From positions 1-32,000 of the forward strand of contig NC_003364.1 of NCBI RefSeq assembly GCF_000007225.1: DNA of 32,000 nucleotides, given 5' to 3'. The translations under genes and the position numbers were made by a program. The notes below the pieces were generated by a model. The model was not told the origin of the DNA, made no database searches, and saw nothing but the letters and a program-made list of their open reading frames with translations. The stretch is from Pyrobaculum aerophilum str. IM2 (GTDB lineage: Archaea > Thermoproteota > Thermoprotei > Thermoproteales > Thermoproteaceae). Shown in pieces: positions 7,914 through 16,933 of this stretch. The first letter of the stretch is position 1. Every line of letters starts with the position of its first letter.

Positions 7914-8318
7914 ATGTCTATTAAGCCTAAATTCGGCGAGGAGATCCTCAAGGGGCTCAAGAAGTACGAGTTGAGGAGGCTTGTGGGGCCTTTAGTGGAG
8001 CCGGGGGATTTGCTTTATTTGTACTTTACAAAGCCCGCTGGCGCTGTTATAGGCCGCTTCACGGCCGGCATAGTCTTCCTCGTCCCCGCGGGGAGTATTT
8101 CAAGGCTTTTGGGCGAGCTAGGGGATGTTGGAATTGGCGCCGAGGATTTGGAGTACGTCAAGGGGGCTAAATACGCCATGTTAATTCAAGTGAAAAACCC
8201 AGAGGCGTGCACAGCCCCCGTGAGGCTCAGCGATGCGGGCCTCCGCCCCCCGCCCAGTTACAGGAGGCTTAAGGGGGAAGGGGCCGAGGCGCTGTCGAGA
8301 CTGTGCGTAAGGAGTTAA
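7914..8318 (+). CDS. ASCH (PUA-like) domain protein
   Basis: MSIKPKFGEEILKGLKKYELRR is the canonical ASCH N-terminus. I chose internal ATG 7914 rather than the track start at 7836; an AT-rich ttaaaaattatat lies upstream. Confidence 0.6.
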   Translation: MSIKPKFGEEILKGLKKYELRRLVGPLVEPGDLLYLYFTKPAGAVIGRFTAGIVFLVPAGSISRLLGELGDVGIGAEDLEYVKGAKYAMLIQVKNPEACTAPVRLSDAGLRPPPSYRRLKGEGAEALSRLCVRS

Positions 8319-9208
8319 ATGCAACGTATCTCCCCGGCGTCTTTTTGCGGCTTGTAGCCGCTGGGCAGACTCAGCTCTTTTACAAATTGGGCGACTCTTC
8401 CGCAAGACTCAGGAACGCAGACGAAGTCAAAGGCCTCGTCTAGTAATTTGTAGAAGTTGAGGCCGTATTTCTCAGCCACGTGTCTAACCGTCACGGTGTA
8501 GTCCGCCCCTCCCGAAGCGACTTTTATAGCTGCGTCGTCGTGAGTAGTCGCTATGTCGCTGTAACCCGGGGCGGCCCTCGGCACCACGCCGATTTCCGCC
8601 AACAGCCGGTCGATATGCGTCCTAGTTCCAGTCCCCGGCGGTCTGTTCACAAGCCTCAGCCCCCTTAACTGCGCCAAATCCCTAATCTCAACTCTGGAGG
8701 CCACGCCGACTTCTCTCATAAACCCCGCGACTAGACAGAGGTGGGGGCCGTACTTTTTCACAAACTCCCAGTTGTCGCCTAAGTGTATCCCCCCGAAGTG
8801 GGCGAGGCCTCCTGCCACTAGGAGAAAACCCTGCATAGAGCCCACGAAATAGGCCTCGCCGCCTTCCAGCGCTTTTTCAACAACGGGATCGTGACTGCCG
8901 GCGTATATAAAATCGGAAAGCCCCAGCACCATTCCCCTCTTGGCTATTTCAGCCATGTACCTCTTTAAAAGGCCCCGGCCCTCCGCCGTGAGCCTCGCCC
9001 CTCCCCTACGCCGCGGCTCAACTAGCTTAATTTTCAAGGCCCTCTCGGCCCTGGCCAACATATTCCACACGCTGGTGTAGGGCATTCCCACTGTTCTGGC
9101 CGCCCCGGAGATAGAGCCTGTGATCTCAACGGCGAGTAACGTCTTAAAAAACTTCATTCCCAGCTCCACGCCTCCCGCCACCACTTTAAAGTCGGGCTTG
9201 AACTCCAC
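8315..9208 (-). CDS. ModE-like HTH plus periplasmic-binding-like domain regulator (molybdate/tungstate responsive)
   Basis: The N-terminal FFKTLLAVEITGSISGAARTVGMPYTSVWNMLARAERALKIKLVEPRRRGGARLTAEGRGLL matches the ModE N-terminal HTH pattern. A C-terminal domain of about 200 aa follows. The gene is divergent from tupA. Confidence 0.75.
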   Translation of the reverse strand: MEFKPDFKVVAGGVELGMKFFKTLLAVEITGSISGAARTVGMPYTSVWNMLARAERALKIKLVEPRRRGGARLTAEGRGLLKRYMAEIAKRGMVLGLSDFIYAGSHDPVVEKALEGGEAYFVGSMQGFLLVAGGLAHFGGIHLGDNWEFVKKYGPHLCLVAGFMREVGVASRVEIRDLAQLRGLRLVNRPPGTGTRTHIDRLLAEIGVVPRAAPGYSDIATTHDDAAIKVASGGADYTVTVRHVAEKYGLNFYKLLDEAFDFVCVPESCGRVAQFVKELSLPSGYKPQKDAGEIRCI

Positions 9209-9242
9209 AAAAACTATTTAAGGACGCGGTTATTAACTCTAT
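9209..9242. promoter_or_regulatory. 34-bp divergent promoter region (regulator <-> tupA)
   Basis: tatttaag (9215-9222) is about 25 nt upstream of tupA ATG 9243. ttaataa (reverse complement of 9231-9237) is about 26 nt upstream of regulator ATG 9208. Confidence 0.5.
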
Positions 9243-10184
9243 ATGTCCAAAATAGGATATCTGATAATAATTATCGTCGCCATAGTCGCCGTAGCGGCGC
9301 TTCTGGCCATTCCCAGACCACAAGCGCCTATGACCCAAACGCCTATGGCCCAAGCCTCCACCTCAACGACAACGCCGCAGAAAATCGTGCTATACATGGC
9401 CACAACCACTAGCGTAAAAGACACCGGGCTTCTCGACGTGTTAATCCCAGATTTTGAGAAATGGGCGGCGTCCAGGGGGTATAACATAGAGGTTAGATAC
9501 ACGGCAGTGGGCACTGGGCAGGCCTTGGCAATGGCGGCAAGGGGGGATGTGGACGTGGTTATAGTCCACGCCCCGTCTTTAGAAAAACAGTATCTCGAAA
9601 ACGGGACTTTGAAGTGCAGAGACGTTATTGCGTACAACTTCTTTATAATTGTGGGGCCGAGGGACGACCCTGCCGGCGCCAAGAGCTTAACAGCAACGGA
9701 GGCGTTTAGGCGAATTGCAGAGGCCAAGGCCCCGTTTGTCTCCAGGGGGGACCGCTCCGGCACTCATTTAATGGAACTATCCCTTTGGAGAAGGGCAATT
9801 GGGAGAGAGCCTGATCCAAAAAACGACACTTGGTACATCTCGGCGGGGGCGGGCATGGGCCAGACCCTCCTCTTGGCCAATGAGAAAAGTGCCTATACTC
9901 TGTCAGACACGGGGACTTGGCTGAGGTATAGGGACAAGTTGCCGCAACTGGACGTGATAGTGCAGGCGGCTCCGGATTTAATAAATATCTACAGCTTTTC
10001 AATTGTTAAGCTTTCAAATGCCACTAGGCTCATGGCGCAGTACATGAAGACCAGGGGGCTGGAGGTGATTGGCAACTTAACCATCAACGGCGTTTCCCTC
10101 TTTACTCCTATAAACAAGGCTGATCCCAAAGCGATGGAGTGGATAAAAACAGCTATATTCGGCCCTAGCTGTGTTGAGCGATGA
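9243..10184 (+). CDS. tupA: tungstate ABC transporter substrate-binding protein
   Basis: An N-terminal TM/signal (YLIIIIVAIVAVAALLAI) is followed by TTTSVKDTGLLDVLIPDFE, VGTGQALAMAARGDVDVV and FVSRGDRSGTH..E..LW, motifs of the TupA family as I recall them. Confidence 0.8.
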   Translation: MSKIGYLIIIIVAIVAVAALLAIPRPQAPMTQTPMAQASTSTTTPQKIVLYMATTTSVKDTGLLDVLIPDFEKWAASRGYNIEVRYTAVGTGQALAMAARGDVDVVIVHAPSLEKQYLENGTLKCRDVIAYNFFIIVGPRDDPAGAKSLTATEAFRRIAEAKAPFVSRGDRSGTHLMELSLWRRAIGREPDPKNDTWYISAGAGMGQTLLLANEKSAYTLSDTGTWLRYRDKLPQLDVIVQAAPDLINIYSFSIVKLSNATRLMAQYMKTRGLEVIGNLTINGVSLFTPINKADPKAMEWIKTAIFGPSCVER

Positions 10185-10818
10185 GCTGATCGGCATTGTC
10201 CTAAACACGCTTTATGTGTCCACAATCCCTGTCTTTATCTCCGCGTTAGTGGGGACTCCAATAGCTCTGTTTTTACACCTAAGGGGCGGGAGGACGGCGC
10301 TTGTTTTTAAAATGGCCTTTAACGGCCTCATAGGCATGCCCACAGTCCTCCTGGGCCTCCTCTTATACCTTTTATTGAGCAGGTCGGGGCCTTTCGGCTG
10401 GCTGAACTTGCTCTATACGCTAGACGCAGTGGTTATCGGCCACGTTTTCTTAATCTTGCCCCTATACATAGCCTACGTACTAACGGCGTTAGAGGCGGTG
10501 GACCCCAGAATTAAAGAACTGGCGGCGATGTTTAACCTCTCCGCGCTTAAGAAAGCCTCGATATATTTCAGAGAGGCGGCTGGGGGTATAGCCGGCGCGG
10601 CCGCCGCGGCGTACGGAAGGGCAGTGGGAGAGCTGGGCTTAGCCCTTATGCTCGGGGGGGATATTCGGTATAGAACAAGGGTTTTAACCACTGCAATTGC
10701 CCACGAGACTATGCTGGGCAATTGGGACGCCGCAATTCAACTGGGCGTAGTGCTCTTGGCAATATCAGTGGCTATTAGCGCGGTTGTGACGGCGCTGGGA
10801 TTTCGGTATAGGGGATGA
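10171..10818 (+). CDS. tupB: tungstate ABC transporter permease
   Basis: 215-aa polytopic membrane protein with a MetI-like fold. It overlaps tupA by 14 nt and tupC by 4 nt. Confidence 0.8.
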   Translation: MLSDELIGIVLNTLYVSTIPVFISALVGTPIALFLHLRGGRTALVFKMAFNGLIGMPTVLLGLLLYLLLSRSGPFGWLNLLYTLDAVVIGHVFLILPLYIAYVLTALEAVDPRIKELAAMFNLSALKKASIYFREAAGGIAGAAAAAYGRAVGELGLALMLGGDIRYRTRVLTTAIAHETMLGNWDAAIQLGVVLLAISVAISAVVTALGFRYRG

Positions 10819-11417
10819 TCAAGGCCGTAGCCTTAGGCAAGAGGTACAACGACGTCTACGTTTTTAAAAACGTGTACATTGACTTGCCGCAGAGAGGCCT
10901 CGTGGCCTTAGTGGGCCCCAACGGCTCCGGCAAGACCACTTTGTTGAAAATATTCGCCATGTTGACAGAGCCTAGCGAGGGCGAGGTGTACATCCTCGGC
11001 GCGCCTTGGCGGGAGGCCCGGGTTAAACACAGAGGCCGCGTCTTATATGCCCACCAAGAGCCACTGGTCTATTCGGGCACTGTGGAACAGAATTTAATAT
11101 GCAACGACGACGACGTTTTAGAGGCGCTCGGCCTCAAAGGCTTAATGCGGCACAAGGCGAAGGGCTTGTCGGGCGGTTATAAAAAACTGCTCACTGTGGC
11201 CAGAGTGCTCGCGTGTAAGCCTCAAATAGCCCTGCTCGACGAGCCCACCGCCTATTTAGACCCCGGCAAAAGGCAAGGCCTCTTGGAGTATTTAAATGAG
11301 TACGCGAAAAAATCACTAGTCGTCTGGACAACCCACTACCCCCCAGAGGCCGACTCCTCGGAGCAGGTTTACGAGATTAGAGATGGGAATTTGAGGCTGC
11401 TCAAAAGCCGCATATGA
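10815..11417 (+). CDS. tupC: tungstate ABC transporter ATP-binding protein
   Basis: Walker A is GPNGSGKTT, the signature is LSGGYKK and Walker B is ALLDEP. It is a short 200-aa ABC ATPase. Confidence 0.8.
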   Translation: MIKAVALGKRYNDVYVFKNVYIDLPQRGLVALVGPNGSGKTTLLKIFAMLTEPSEGEVYILGAPWREARVKHRGRVLYAHQEPLVYSGTVEQNLICNDDDVLEALGLKGLMRHKAKGLSGGYKKLLTVARVLACKPQIALLDEPTAYLDPGKRQGLLEYLNEYAKKSLVVWTTHYPPEADSSEQVYEIRDGNLRLLKSRI

Positions 11418-11424
11418 GGCGCGT

Positions 11425-12159
11425 TTATAACAGCCTCCTGCCGCCGTCGGCTGGTATCACGGCACCTGTGACCCAGCTTGCCTCGTCTGTTAAAAGCCAT
11501 ATCACCACTTTGGCGACCTCCTCAGGCGGGGCTTGCGGGGCTCCCAGTGCCACTGTATAGCTCCTCCCCGGCTGGAAGTCTTTAGCCATGCCGCCCGGCG
11601 CCACGGCGTTTACCCTAATTCCCCTCTCCAACAGCTCAGCCGCCAGCGCCTCCGCCGCTCTGGCCGTGGCGGCTTTCGCGGCGACGTAGGCCACATGCCT
11701 AGGCCAGGCCTTGTAGGCGCCGCCCACAGACGATATTAGCACAATTGAGGATCCCCTCCCCATTAGGGGCAGGAAGGCCCTCACGGCGTATATATGCGCC
11801 TTTAAGTTTTTGTTCAGCATATCCTCCAGCTCAGCCTCGCCCAGCTCCTCCACTGGCTGAGACGTGTAGCACCCGGCCGTCACCACCAAGCCGTGGAGCT
11901 CTGGAAATACGCGCCGCACCTCCTCTCTCGCCCTCTCGGCCTCTTCCAGCCGGGAGAAGTCCTTGGGAGAGACGTGCAACACGCCGTATTTTGAGTACTC
12001 CGCCTTAAGTCTCTCAAGAAACTCGGCGCTTCTGGCAAAGGCATACACCGCCGCCCCCTCTCTTAAGGCCATGTAAACCACGGCCGACCCCAGCCCGGGA
12101 CCCACCCCAACAATGGCGATATTCCGTCCCTTCAGTCTCATAACTATCCCGATTTCCAC
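11425..12159 (-). CDS. short-chain dehydrogenase/reductase (SDR) family oxidoreductase
   Basis: The Rossmann motif is IVGVGPGLGSAV, the catalytic YVAAKAA is YxxxK, and NAVAPGG is present. Confidence 0.85.
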   Translation of the reverse strand: MEIGIVMRLKGRNIAIVGVGPGLGSAVVYMALREGAAVYAFARSAEFLERLKAEYSKYGVLHVSPKDFSRLEEAERAREEVRRVFPELHGLVVTAGCYTSQPVEELGEAELEDMLNKNLKAHIYAVRAFLPLMGRGSSIVLISSVGGAYKAWPRHVAYVAAKAATARAAEALAAELLERGIRVNAVAPGGMAKDFQPGRSYTVALGAPQAPPEEVAKVVIWLLTDEASWVTGAVIPADGGRRLL

Positions 12160-12174
12160 ATTAAAAAGTGGAGG

Positions 12175-12450
12175 TTACTTGAGCTCCTCCTCCGTCCGCC
12201 TCTTCTTAACGGCCATGTCGAAGACAATCCAATTGCGGTACCACTCCTCGTTCACCGCCCTAAGCTCTGAGAGTATCATCTTAGTCAGCTCTTTGGCTGT
12301 TACGTTTTCCCTATCCATTACCATACACTCAATTTTACGCGCAATTCTCCTAGCCACGTCCACCGGCGCGCCTGCTTTTAGAACGCTGACAACAATTTTC
12401 TCAGGGATAAACTCCTCAACTCTTCCATCTCTCTTAACCACTTTAACCAT
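12175..12450 (-). CDS. stand-alone ATP-cone domain protein
   Basis: VVKRDGRVEEFIPEKIVVSVLKAG...A..I...I is the typical ATP-cone start. 91 aa. Confidence 0.75.
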   Translation of the reverse strand: MVKVVKRDGRVEEFIPEKIVVSVLKAGAPVDVARRIARKIECMVMDRENVTAKELTKMILSELRAVNEEWYRNWIVFDMAVKKRRTEEELK

Positions 12451-12552
12451 GTATAATCTTAATAGGATATTTATTTATTACTACGTTATATGACGGCGCG
12501 CGTTGATCCACAAGCCGCGGTAACGTCTTAATATACATTACATGTTATCTCT

Positions 12553-13302
12553 GTGCACTTGAGGGAGCAGCTGTCGCGAATTTACAAATATCTAGAACTG
12601 CTGGCTCAAAGACTTCAGACAGGAGGCGATATATTTGCCCTTGAGAGATTGGCGGAGTTAGTGGCGCAGTCTACGCTCGATCTAGCGGCGATGTGGATTG
12701 CGTTTGAGAAAGGCGAGAAGCCCGCGACGTATAGAGACTTGGCGCTATTTCTCGCCCGAAAAATAGGCGGATATGAGGAGTTTTTAAGAGGCCTTGTCGC
12801 CTTTCGCAATATAATTGTCCACAGATACTACCACCTTGAGGAAAAGAAGGAAATGGAGGCCTTCAGAGAAATTGTGAATACAATGCCCAGAGTCCTCGAG
12901 GCCATTGAGTCAAAGTTGCCTGGGGATCCATGTATTGAAGAACTGGGCGGCCTTGCGCCTGTGTTTGAAAAACACGGAGTGGATTACGCAGTAGTTTTCG
13001 GCTCTCTCGCAAAGAGGGGGTGCGGCCGCGACGTAGATTTAGCGGTGAAGTTCACGACTGAAAAGGGCTTGTGGAGTTTAGCGAAACTAGTAGCTGACGT
13101 CGCCGAAGGGCTTGGGCTGGACTACAATCAAGTAGACGTCGTGGATATAGACGCCGCACCCCCTGCGCTGTTGCTCTCAATATTAGAAGGCGTCCCTATA
13201 TATAATGAGGAGAGGGCCAGGCGGGACTTGGCACGTAGATATGTGGAGCTCCTCGACGTGGGGGAGACTTGGGAGGAGGCCCTACGGCGGCTGAGGACTT
13301 AA
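12553..13302 (+). CDS. single-chain fusion of HEPN (DUF86/HepT-like) and minimal nucleotidyltransferase (MntA-like)
   Basis: The N-terminal half has AFRNIIVHRYYH (R-x4-6-H HEPN motif). The C-terminal half has VVFGSLAKRGCGRDVDLAV (GS...DxD NTase) and VDVVDIDAAPPALLLSILEGVPIY. Confidence 0.7.
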   Translation: MHLREQLSRIYKYLELLAQRLQTGGDIFALERLAELVAQSTLDLAAMWIAFEKGEKPATYRDLALFLARKIGGYEEFLRGLVAFRNIIVHRYYHLEEKKEMEAFREIVNTMPRVLEAIESKLPGDPCIEELGGLAPVFEKHGVDYAVVFGSLAKRGCGRDVDLAVKFTTEKGLWSLAKLVADVAEGLGLDYNQVDVVDIDAAPPALLLSILEGVPIYNEERARRDLARRYVELLDVGETWEEALRRLRT

Positions 13303-13323
13303 AAAACACCCGTCTCAATATAC

Positions 13324-14655
13324 GTGTACAAAGTCCGTATAAGGGGGATCTTCGCCACTGCGCTTACAAAACTAGCGCTTGAGTGGGGGTTTAAAATTGT
13401 ACAGCCAACTGGCAAAATCCTCCAGCGGTTTCAAATAGAAGCCGACTACTCGCCTCCCGACCTCACAGTTAAAGACCACGAGTCGAAAACTGGCGTCGTG
13501 GTGCTGGGGAAGTGCGAGGCCTTTGAGTCCTTTCTCCAAAGACTTGGGGAGTCCCTAGACCCAATAGTGGCCAGGGCCAGAGCCGGCGTAAAAGAGGTGT
13601 TCTCCGGGAAGGCCGTGGGGGAGCACGAGGTGGAGGGCCCACGCGGCGAGGTGTTTAAAGTGCCTGCACGCTACGTCTTAACGCCGGGAGGCACTGGCGT
13701 GTTCACAGTGGTGAAGCCCCCCGTTGGGCCTGTGAGCGGAGTCGCCGCCCCCGAAATAGCAGTTGAGGGGGATTACGTGGAGCTTAACACGTCAGGCAGA
13801 GTGACTTTCAGCGAGCACATCCCCCAGGAGGATAGGCTGAGGCTGGGCATTTTGGCGGAGACTAGGCTGAAACAATACGCCTCAATAGGCCTCAGGTTTA
13901 AATCCTCTGCGAAATACGCCGACGAGGAGCAGATTATAAAAGAGGCGGAGGTCCTCTACCGGGAGTTATTACAGCTGTCACATGGCGGGCCTCCTGGGGC
14001 TGTGTTGAGGAGGGGGAATTGCTTCGCCGTTGTTTTATTCGATAGACGCTCTAAAGAGGTTTTAGACTCCGCCAGGGCCTCGGCGGTGCCCACGGTGAGG
14101 GGTCACCACGCCTTAAGAGCACAGGGCCTGGGGAAGTGCCTAGATCTCCTAGACTACACAGGCGCTGATGTTTACGAAAAAGCCGTTGAGTTCCTCTCCA
14201 GAGGCCCCGTGCTTATTTACCACGTCAAGCCCTGGGGCGAGGTGGTGAAAATGAAGGGAGAGGCCCTAGGAGTGAAAAACGGGGTCTTAGTGGTGAAAAG
14301 GCCTTTAAAGCCCGGCGGCGTTTTAGACGGAATTGGCGTGAGGATAGAAAGGGGGTTTTACGCCTTGACGTGCATCCCCCGCGACGCCAATTACGTAGTC
14401 CACACTTATTACGACGGCTCTAACAACGTCGTGGGGACTTATATCAATATAAACACAACGCCCGAGTGGGGCCGGCGAGTGATATACATCGACCTCCTTG
14501 TGGACAAGACATACGCCGGAGGCGTGGAAAAAGTGTTAGACGTGGATGAGTTTGAAAAATACAAGGAGTACTTCCCCCAGCGTTTGAGAAACCCCCTGCA
14601 GCTCGCCCCCAGCGGTAGGCTGGAGTGCACAGCCGAGGGCCTTGTTGTGCGTTAA
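13324..14655 (+). CDS. fau-1: FAU-1 / RNase E-G-like RNA-binding ribonuclease (DUF402 C-terminus)
   Basis: GTG start. The N-terminus YKVRIRGIFATALTKLALEWGFKIVQPT matches the FAU-1 family start as I recall it. 443 aa. Confidence 0.7.
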   Translation: MYKVRIRGIFATALTKLALEWGFKIVQPTGKILQRFQIEADYSPPDLTVKDHESKTGVVVLGKCEAFESFLQRLGESLDPIVARARAGVKEVFSGKAVGEHEVEGPRGEVFKVPARYVLTPGGTGVFTVVKPPVGPVSGVAAPEIAVEGDYVELNTSGRVTFSEHIPQEDRLRLGILAETRLKQYASIGLRFKSSAKYADEEQIIKEAEVLYRELLQLSHGGPPGAVLRRGNCFAVVLFDRRSKEVLDSARASAVPTVRGHHALRAQGLGKCLDLLDYTGADVYEKAVEFLSRGPVLIYHVKPWGEVVKMKGEALGVKNGVLVVKRPLKPGGVLDGIGVRIERGFYALTCIPRDANYVVHTYYDGSNNVVGTYININTTPEWGRRVIYIDLLVDKTYAGGVEKVLDVDEFEKYKEYFPQRLRNPLQLAPSGRLECTAEGLVVR

Positions 14656-14683
14656 TTTTATAGCCTTATAATAATACATTGCC

Positions 14684-14884
14684 GTGGAGAAGACCACAAT
14701 AGCCGTTTCGAAAAAACTGTGGCAAGAGCTTCTCAGCGAGAAGGAGAGGCTAGCGGCTAAGACCATGGAGGAGGCCATTAGCAAAATTCTACAAGAGTAC
14801 AGAGAGTTAAAGAGGAGAATTGCTATACTTGAAATAATTGAAAAAACCGGGCGGAGGGCTTTACAACAGTGGAGGAGTTGCTAG
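14684..14884 (+). CDS. vapB: VapB-type antitoxin (C-terminus possibly frameshifted at an A6 run)
   Basis: GTG start, 66 aa, helical, immediately upstream of the PIN gene. After the A6 run at 14841-14846 the current frame reads TGRRALQQWRSC*. The +1 frame reads [26 protein letters not shown] and ends at 14925. Confidence 0.5.
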   Translation: MEKTTIAVSKKLWQELLSEKERLAAKTMEEAISKILQEYRELKRRIAILEIIEKTGRRALQQWRSC

Positions 14885-14897
14885 AGGACAGGAAGAA

Positions 14898-15275
14898 ATG
14901 GGGGCTTCCCAGAGAGCACTCCTAGACACCAGCGTTTTAATAGAGATTTTAGACAAGGGGAGGCTCTCCCTTTTGCCCAAAGACCCCTACCTCTCAGTTA
15001 TTTCAATATATGAATATATCCGGTACAAAAGGGATAGGCATTTTTACAAGGAGAGGCTAGAGGAGGCGTTCTCAGTCCTCGGCTTAACTAATAAAGTTAT
15101 TGAACGCGCCGCCGAGATCTTCGCGTCTTTAAAGGCGAGAGGCGTTGTTGTTAGTGATAACGACGTTTTTATTGCCGCCACGGCTGTTGCCTACGGCCTC
15201 CCGCTGATTACAAAGGACAGGTATTTTTTAAAAATTAAAACTGCCGCTGGCCTAGACGTCGTTTTTATAGACTAG
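14898..15275 (+). CDS. vapC: PIN-domain ribonuclease toxin
   Basis: I chose internal ATG 14898 ([18 protein letters not shown]). The PIN acidic residues are in [18 protein letters not shown] and TKDRYF. Confidence 0.8.
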   Translation: MGASQRALLDTSVLIEILDKGRLSLLPKDPYLSVISIYEYIRYKRDRHFYKERLEEAFSVLGLTNKVIERAAEIFASLKARGVVVSDNDVFIAATAVAYGLPLITKDRYFLKIKTAAGLDVVFID

Positions 15276-16158
15276 CCAAGGCGCCCTCTGTAATAGACGC
15301 GATTTTTACCTCAGCCCTCAGCCCCTCCTCTGCATATGCCCTTAACACTGCGTCCCTCACAGCCTCAGCCTCCTTCTCGTTGACTAACGCTATAACTGAG
15401 GGGCCCGCCCCAGAGAGAGAGACGCCGAGAGCCCCCGCCTCAAAGGCGTATTTCCTCACCCGGGCGTAACCCGGCACGTATGGGGCCCTCGCCGCCTCTA
15501 CTACTTCGTCTTCCATACCCCTGGCCACGAGCCGCGGATCCGACAGGGCGAGGCCGGCAATTAAAGAGGCGACTCTCGCCGTCTGTCTGACATAAGTTTT
15601 AAACTCCACCGACTTGGGCAACACCTCCCTCATGACTTTAGTCTTATTCGGCATGGGGGGCACCTCGGGGACTCCCACTACAAAAATCAAGCGCGGCGAG
15701 AACTTCACGTAGTCAATAGGCGATAGGGAGGTCAAGACCACAGCCCCTCCCAGGGCGGCCCCGGCCACGTTGTCAAAATGGGGGCTTCCGGCCGCGGCGG
15801 TTTCGCCGTAGCCTGCGGCCTCAATAACCGCCCGGGGGTCAGTCTTAATCCCCGCCTCTCTTATAAAAGCCGCCAGCGCCGCAACTGCGGCAGCGCCGCT
15901 ACTGCCGAGCCCCCTGGCAATGGGGATGTTGTTCTCCACCTCAACCTCCACCCCCCTGCAAATGCCGGTTAGTTCAAAAAACTTTTTAAAACTCCTGGTA
16001 ACTGTGTTCTCCGGCCCTGGGTCATAGCCCTTAAATTTGACGTGGACGCCGCACCCGGACCCCACAGCGGTGTATGCCTCGGCAAAATAGGCGTCGTGAG
16101 CCACTGCGACGATGTCAAAACCGGCCCCGAGGTTGGCGCTGGTCGACGGTGCCTTCAT
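15265..16158 (-). CDS. thrB: homoserine kinase (GHMP kinase)
   Basis: It has [13 protein letters not shown] at the N-terminus and [11 protein letters not shown] (GHMP motif II). 297 aa. Confidence 0.9.
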   Translation of the reverse strand: MKAPSTSANLGAGFDIVAVAHDAYFAEAYTAVGSGCGVHVKFKGYDPGPENTVTRSFKKFFELTGICRGVEVEVENNIPIARGLGSSGAAAVAALAAFIREAGIKTDPRAVIEAAGYGETAAAGSPHFDNVAGAALGGAVVLTSLSPIDYVKFSPRLIFVVGVPEVPPMPNKTKVMREVLPKSVEFKTYVRQTARVASLIAGLALSDPRLVARGMEDEVVEAARAPYVPGYARVRKYAFEAGALGVSLSGAGPSVIALVNEKEAEAVRDAVLRAYAEEGLRAEVKIASITEGALASL

Positions 16159-16786
16159 ATAATTGCCACTGCCTCACGGGGCCTCCGCTCCCCCCGGCTA
16201 TTTTCAAGGGAAGCGCAACGAATTGCCCCCGCCTCCCCACCACGGCATCTAAATTAGTGAGGTTTTCAAATATCAAAACCTCCCGCTTTAATAACACTTT
16301 ATGCACGTCAAAAGGCTCTCTATCAGGGCTGGGGGAGTCCAGGCCCACGGCGTTTACCCCCAGCTCAGCCAGGCGCTCTGCCAGCTCAACAGAAATCTCG
16401 GGGTACTCCAGCCACTTCTCCGTCCCGATATACTTATCAAAACCGGTTTTAATTAACACCACCCAGCCCGGCCCCAGCTCCACGCCCCTCGGCAGGGCGG
16501 CTTCGAATTCCCTAAGCTTAATAACCCCCCTCGGGGATACGTGGGAGAAGTCTAACGCGACGAATTGGCCGAAGAATTTCGAGACCTCCACCTCCTCCAA
16601 AGTCTTCCCCCCGGGTATGAAGTGGGCGGGGGCGTCCACATGTGTGGCGGTGTGTTCGTGGAAGTATAAAACGTTGCTGTAATAGCCGTGGACGTCGTAT
16701 TTAGTCCAGTTCAAAATCGCCGGCTTGGGCGACCCGGGGAATACCCCCATGCCGCTTTTTAACGCCATGGTTAAGTCTATATACAT
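16115..16786 (-). CDS. cyclase-family protein (kynurenine formamidase-like); 3' end probably frameshifted
   Basis: It has [12 protein letters not shown] and GLDSPSPD motifs. The start is set to ATG 16786, with a CTTATATAGG box at 16805-16814. The current C-terminus overlaps thrB by 44 nt. One extra G after AGG (16174-16172) would give ...GGPVRAVAII* and an ATGA overlap with thrB. Confidence 0.8.
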   Translation of the reverse strand: MYIDLTMALKSGMGVFPGSPKPAILNWTKYDVHGYYSNVLYFHEHTATHVDAPAHFIPGGKTLEEVEVSKFFGQFVALDFSHVSPRGVIKLREFEAALPRGVELGPGWVVLIKTGFDKYIGTEKWLEYPEISVELAERLAELGVNAVGLDSPSPDREPFDVHKVLLKREVLIFENLTNLDAVVGRRGQFVALPLKIAGGSGGPVRQWQLYEGTVDQRQPRGRF

Positions 16787-16904
16787 TGGCCGTAAATGAG
16801 CCTTCCTATATAAGTTTTTCACGGGGTATATATGGCGGAGGCAAAAGCCTAATACTACCTTGTACACTTGTTAAATCAATATAATATAAATATTATCAAA
16901 TTAC

Positions 16905-16917
16905 TGTTATAAAAAAG
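16905..16917 (+). promoter_or_regulatory. TATA-like box upstream of candidate ncRNA
   Basis: tgttataaaaaag is centred about 23 nt upstream of the first paired base (16934), inside a 60-bp almost pure A/T stretch. Confidence 0.4.
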
Positions 16918-16933
16918 ACATTACTATATACAA

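Noticed and set aside
9239-10225. Minus-strand ORFs 9239..9763, 9706..10002, 9989..10225
   Set aside because: They are antisense to tupA, which has strong family motifs. Their composition is atypical.
16042-16682. Plus-strand ORFs 16042..16257 and 16074..16682
   Set aside because: They are antisense to thrB and the cyclase gene, and are Pro/Ser/Arg-rich.
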